64,000 nucleotides of DNA, taken from positions 53,731-117,730 of the forward strand of contig JAOUBJ010000014.1 of the NCBI GenBank assembly GCA_029860345.1. Reading direction: 5' to 3'. Below, piece after piece: positions 63,036 to 64,000 of the stretch. The notes under the pieces are model-generated. The model ran no database searches. It was given only the letters and a program-made list of their open reading frames with translations, and had not been told where the DNA came from. The translations under genes were made by a program, and so were the position numbers. Origin of the DNA: Candidatus Zixiibacteriota bacterium. GTDB taxonomy: Bacteria; Zixibacteria; MSB-5A5; GN15; FEB-12. How positions within the stretch are numbered: position 1 is the stretch's first letter; every line of letters begins with the position of its first letter.

Positions 63036-64000
63036 ATGAAAGTAATCATACCTGTAGCAGGGGTTGGCCAGAGGCTAAAACCCCACACCGATTCACGACC
63101 GAAGCCGCTTCTGGAAGTCGGCGGACGGACGATTCTGGATCATGTTCTCAAGCCGCTTGATGGACTTTCCGTGGATGAAGTGATCTTTGTGATCGGTCAT
63201 CTCGGTGGACAGATTCGAAGTTACGTAACGGAAAACTACTCGTTCAAAGCGAGTTTTGTCGAGCAGGATCGGTTATTGGGCTTGGGCTACGCCGTGAACA
63301 TGGGCCTGGAACAAGCGGCTCCAGGCCCGGTATTGATAGTCCTGGGTGATACAATCGTAGATTGTGACCTGGCCGCATTCGTGGCTGCCGGGGAATTCGT
63401 TTTGGGTGTCCATGAGGTTACGGACCCGCAGCGCTTCGGTATCGTGGAAATGTCAGGTGGTTTGGTGAAAGCTGTCGAAGAAAAACCTGAGAAACCGAAA
63501 ACAAATCTGGCCCTGATCGGGTTGTATTACTGTAGCAATTCAGACGTACTGAAAGAGGAACTCAAACGACTCGTGCAGTCCGGCCACACCACCTTCGGTG
63601 AAATTCAGTTGACCGATGCCCTGGCATCTATGATAAGCCGGGGGGTCAGATTCGCAACCCACAGCGTGCCCAATTGGTATGACTGCGGGAAGAAAGAAAC
63701 CTTGCTGGCTACCAACCGGTTTATCCTGGAAAAGTTGGACCAGCCGGAAAGGCCTGCGAAATTCACGGTGCACCCGCCCGTTTTTGTAGACCCCAGCGCG
63801 ACGGTCGAGAATTCTACGGTGGGGCCGTCTGTGTCTATCGGTGCGGGCGCCAAGGTTGTCGGTTGCACGGTCAGCAACGCGACCATAGGGGCAGGCGCAG
63901 TACTTGAAAATGCAGTAATCAAGGATTCCCTGGTTGGGCCGAAGGCAATAGTAAGGAACTTCGAGGGAGTCCTGAACATAGGTGAAAACTCGGAGATTCG
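63036..64000 (+). CDS. Sugar-phosphate nucleotidyltransferase with C-terminal left-handed beta-helix; truncated by the window end
   Basis: This ORF is open-ended and not in the track. MKVIIPVAGVGQRLKPHTDSRPKPLLEVGG matches the GxGxRL NTP-transferase signature. The tail has hexapeptide-like repeats (VGPSVSIGAGAKVVGCTVSNATIGAGAVLENAVI). Confidence 0.75.
   Translation, partial: MKVIIPVAGVGQRLKPHTDSRPKPLLEVGGRTILDHVLKPLDGLSVDEVIFVIGHLGGQIRSYVTENYSFKASFVEQDRLLGLGYAVNMGLEQAAPGPVLIVLGDTIVDCDLAAFVAAGEFVLGVHEVTDPQRFGIVEMSGGLVKAVEEKPEKPKTNLALIGLYYCSNSDVLKEELKRLVQSGHTTFGEIQLTDALASMISRGVRFATHSVPNWYDCGKKETLLATNRFILEKLDQPERPAKFTVHPPVFVDPSATVENSTVGPSVSIGAGAKVVGCTVSNATIGAGAVLENAVIKDSLVGPKAIVRNFEGVLNIGENSEI

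Noticed and set aside
1-64000. A search for transposases, integrases, tRNA or rRNA genes, prophage genes, or att-like boundaries that would define a mobile island
   Set aside because: None could be recognised in any frame. The accessory genes appear interleaved with housekeeping genes, and the only repeat boundaries are the ubiquitous short modules. I therefore do not call a genomic island.

Overview
This 64 kb window looks like chromosomal DNA from a diderm, probably uncultivated bacterium. That call is an inference from a complete Tol-Pal cluster and three proteins ending in T9SS-type C-terminal sorting domains, which suggests an FCB-group-like lineage.

Housekeeping genes are recognisable from motifs: tolQ, tolR, tolA-like, tolB, pal, ybgF, ligA, smpB, an Amidase_3 amidase, murI and rdgB. 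Also recognisable are an OPT transporter, a BlaI/BlaR1 pair, a PhaR-like regulator and two single-domain receivers.

The most striking content is an unrecognised four-gene membrane module (families M1 to M4, always in that order) present four times. Three diverged copies sit head-to-tail as one tightly coupled minus-strand gene train at 1-9604, which continues past the left edge. A fourth copy lies on the plus strand at about 58.8-61.8 kb and has a truncated M1. I cannot assign any of the four families to a characterised system.

Other accessory content:
- A TIR-NB-ARC-TPR (STAND) protein sits next to a signal-less EndoG-like nuclease.
- A cohesin-like T9SS protein lies beside a PPC-repeat protein with a dockerin-like tail.
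- An omptin-like outer-membrane protease retains both catalytic dyads.
- There are two very large T9SS cargo proteins.
- There is a GlmL-like ATPase cluster.

Nearly every intergenic gap between gene blocks is filled with a mosaic of short interspersed repeat modules (REP/BIME-like). These include two tandem arrays flanking rdgB.

I found no rRNA, tRNA, tmRNA, CRISPR array, transposase or integrase. All product calls come from motifs read in the supplied translations, with no database search, so family names are provisional.
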